Shown here: in pieces, positions 62,197 through 64,000 of the stretch
How positions within the stretch are numbered: the stretch's first letter is position 1
Layout: the number at the start of each line of letters is the position of its first letter
NCBI GenBank assembly: GCA_016188575.1
Contig: JACPHN010000192.1
Coordinates: 150 to 64,149, forward strand
Source of the DNA: Candidatus Schekmanbacteria bacterium
Lineage (GTDB): Bacteria; CSSED10-310; JACPHN01
Length of the DNA: 64,000 bases
Reading direction: 5' to 3'
Notes under the pieces: generated by a model
Seen by the model: only the letters and a program-made list of their open reading frames with translations
Database searches by the model: none
What the model was told of the DNA's origin: nothing
Translations under genes and position numbers: made by a program

Positions 62197-63123
62197 ATGA
62201 GACGAACGGTAGCCAAGCGGTTTGTGGGAATCGGCCTTCTCGGCGCCTTGCTCTGGCTCGGAGCCACCGGCTGCCGGCGTGAGCGCGCCCCGCTCGGCTC
62301 GGCCGAAAACCCGATCAAGATGTTCTTCGTCCCTTCCGTCGACGCCAAGGTCCTCGAGGACACCTCGGCCAGGCTCAAGGTCTACGTCGAGAAGGCGACC
62401 GGACTGAGCATCAAGGTCGGCATTCCCTCGAGCTATATCGCTGTCGTCGAAGCCTTTGGCACCGACCGCGCCGACGTTTCAATTCTCAACACCTTCGGCT
62501 ACATTCTGGCGCATGACAAGTACGGCGTCGAGGCGCGGCTCACCGTGCTGCGCTTCGGGAAACCCACTTACAGCGGTCAGATCATCGCACGAGCCGACGG
62601 TCCCATTCAGACCGTGGCCGACATCGCGGGCAAAAAGTTCGCCTTTGTCGATCCTGCCTCGACTTCGGGCTACCTGCTCCCCATGGATCTCTTCAAGAAG
62701 CGCGGTATTCACCCTGCCGAGACCGTGTTCGCCAACAAACACGACAATGTGGTGTCCATGATCTATCAGCGGCAGGTTGACGCCGGCGCCACTTTTTATT
62801 CGCCGCCCGAGGAAGGCGTGCTGCAGGATGCGCGCCGACTCGTCCTCACGCAGTATCCGGACGTCGCGGACGTAATCAAGATCGTGGAGCTCACCGAGTC
62901 GATTCCAAACGATCCGGTTTCATTCCGCAAGAACATGCCCGAGGAAATCAAGACCAAGATCGTCGAGGCGTTTCTCGACTACATTCAGACGGACGAGGGA
63001 AAGGACACATTCAACAGGCTTTACCTGGTAACTGGATTGACGAAAGCGACGGACGCGGACTACGATGGCGTGCGGGAGCTCTTGCGGTCACTGGGAAAAT
63101 CCGCCGCCGACCTCATGCAGTAA
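62197..63123 (+). CDS. phnD: Phosphonate/phosphite ABC transporter substrate-binding lipoprotein
   Basis: Lipobox (LGATGC). ..FVPS.D...........Y.....G....V..P.SY...VEA.G....D......F.Y..A.. is the PhnD pattern. It precedes phnC. Confidence 0.85.
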   Translation: MRRTVAKRFVGIGLLGALLWLGATGCRRERAPLGSAENPIKMFFVPSVDAKVLEDTSARLKVYVEKATGLSIKVGIPSSYIAVVEAFGTDRADVSILNTFGYILAHDKYGVEARLTVLRFGKPTYSGQIIARADGPIQTVADIAGKKFAFVDPASTSGYLLPMDLFKKRGIHPAETVFANKHDNVVSMIYQRQVDAGATFYSPPEEGVLQDARRLVLTQYPDVADVIKIVELTESIPNDPVSFRKNMPEEIKTKIVEAFLDYIQTDEGKDTFNRLYLVTGLTKATDADYDGVRELLRSLGKSAADLMQ

Positions 63124-63141
63124 GGGTGTCACCGAGCAATC

Positions 63142-63915
63142 ATGACGTCTGAAACTCTCTTCTCGCTCCGCGCCGTGAACAAGGTCTACGATGGCGGCGT
63201 GCACGCGCTCAAGGACATCTCCTTCGAGGTCCACAAGGGCGAGTTCCTGGTGGTCATCGGCCTGAGCGGCTCGGGCAAATCGACGCTGTTACGGTGTATG
63301 AACGCGCTGCATCGCCCGACGTCCGGGGAAATCTGCTACCGCGGGCGAGACATCGCCGCGGCCACATCTCGGGAGGCGCGCGAGATCCGCCAGCGGGTCG
63401 CCATGATCTTTCAGCACTTCAACCTGGTTCCGCGGACGACGGTGCTGAAGAATGTGCTGACGGGGGCATTGGGAAGAACGGGAACGGCGCGCAGTCTGGT
63501 GGGGATGTTCGCGGACGAAGAGCGCAAGCGGGCGATGCGATTTCTCGACCTCCTGGGCATTGCTGACAAGGCGCGTCATCGCGCCGATCAGCTTTCCGGC
63601 GGCCAGCAGCAGCGCGTGGCGATCGCCCGGGCGCTGACTCAGGAGCCTGAGGTCTTGCTGGCCGATGAGCCGGTCGCGAGCCTCGATCCGGCGACGTGCC
63701 ACACCATCATGGACTACCTTCAGAAGGTCAATCGAGAGCTCGGCATCACCATCGTGTGCAACCTTCACTTTCTCAGCCTGGTGCGGCAGTACGCCAGCCG
63801 CGTCGTGGCCCTGCGCGCCGGAGAGCTCGTGTTCGACGGGCAACCGGCCGACATCGACGAGGCCTGGTTCCGCCGGATCTACGGCGAGGAGGCAAAGGAA
63901 GTTCATGTCAACTGA
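63142..63915 (+). CDS. phnC: Phosphonate ABC transporter ATP-binding protein
   Basis: GLSGSGKSTLLRC (Walker A), LSGGQQQRVAIARAL (signature), LLADEP (Walker B). Confidence 0.9.
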   Translation: MTSETLFSLRAVNKVYDGGVHALKDISFEVHKGEFLVVIGLSGSGKSTLLRCMNALHRPTSGEICYRGRDIAAATSREAREIRQRVAMIFQHFNLVPRTTVLKNVLTGALGRTGTARSLVGMFADEERKRAMRFLDLLGIADKARHRADQLSGGQQQRVAIARALTQEPEVLLADEPVASLDPATCHTIMDYLQKVNRELGITIVCNLHFLSLVRQYASRVVALRAGELVFDGQPADIDEAWFRRIYGEEAKEVHVN

Positions 63916-64000
63916 CGGCGGACGCGGGGGCCTCGCCAAGGGTGTGGTGTTCGACGCCATCCTGCTCGCCTATTTGCTGGTGCTCGCAACCGTCGCCGCG
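63905..64000 (+). CDS. phnE: Phosphonate ABC transporter permease, 5' end only
   Basis: The ATG at 63905 overlaps the phnC stop. MSTDGGRGGLAKGVVFDAILLAYLLVLATVAA begins a TM helix. The call rests on its position after phnDC. Confidence 0.5.
   Translation, partial: MSTDGGRGGLAKGVVFDAILLAYLLVLATVAA

Overview
This is a high-GC (roughly two-thirds G+C by eye), gene-dense bacterial chromosomal window, and most genes lie in long minus-strand arrays. I saw no rRNA, tRNA or CRISPR array.

Housekeeping and physiology genes:
- Two Hanks-type Ser/Thr kinases, one of them fused to a STAND-like P-loop NTPase.
- An aldolase / UbiB / macro-domain / outer-membrane-like array.
- A DUF3604 / HupE / parvulin cluster, and cmk.
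- A TPR / DsbD / thioredoxin / phosphodiesterase / GH-like array.
- A TatT + DctP pair with no TRAP permease.
- A compact eutA-eutB-eutC-eutL-eutS locus.
- A 13.6 kb co-directional array: nusB, metallophosphoesterase, transglutaminase-like, cheY-cheA-cheW, HEAT-repeat protein, cheR-cheB, mutL, miaA, lipoprotein.
- A multi-receiver HDOD protein, an M43 metalloprotease and phnDC(E).

Accessory content:
- An apparently intact TnpB element with no TnpA (9.1-10.4 kb).
- A second, decayed TnpB 3' end plus omega-RNA-like tail abutting eutS.
- A DUF4338 pseudogene; Tn5-like, IS66-like and IS1634-like transposase fragments; and a truncated heme O synthase.
- A Phd/YefM-type antitoxin with a VapC toxin, and DUF2846-like lipoproteins.
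- Three families of short structured repeats that the gene models do not explain: a ~58-nt core ('X') upstream of two operons; a 61-nt hairpin mini-element ('Y') nested once in X and once in the decayed omega-RNA region; and GCGCGAT-NN-ATCGCGC REP/REPIN-like palindromes.

I did not find a clear multi-gene novel system such as a defence operon. The best leads are the nested structured repeats and the TnpB/omega-RNA remnants framing the eut island, the MCP-less chemosensory module, and a shared C-terminal sorting-signal-like tail.

All functional calls rest on motif recognition by eye. No searches were run.
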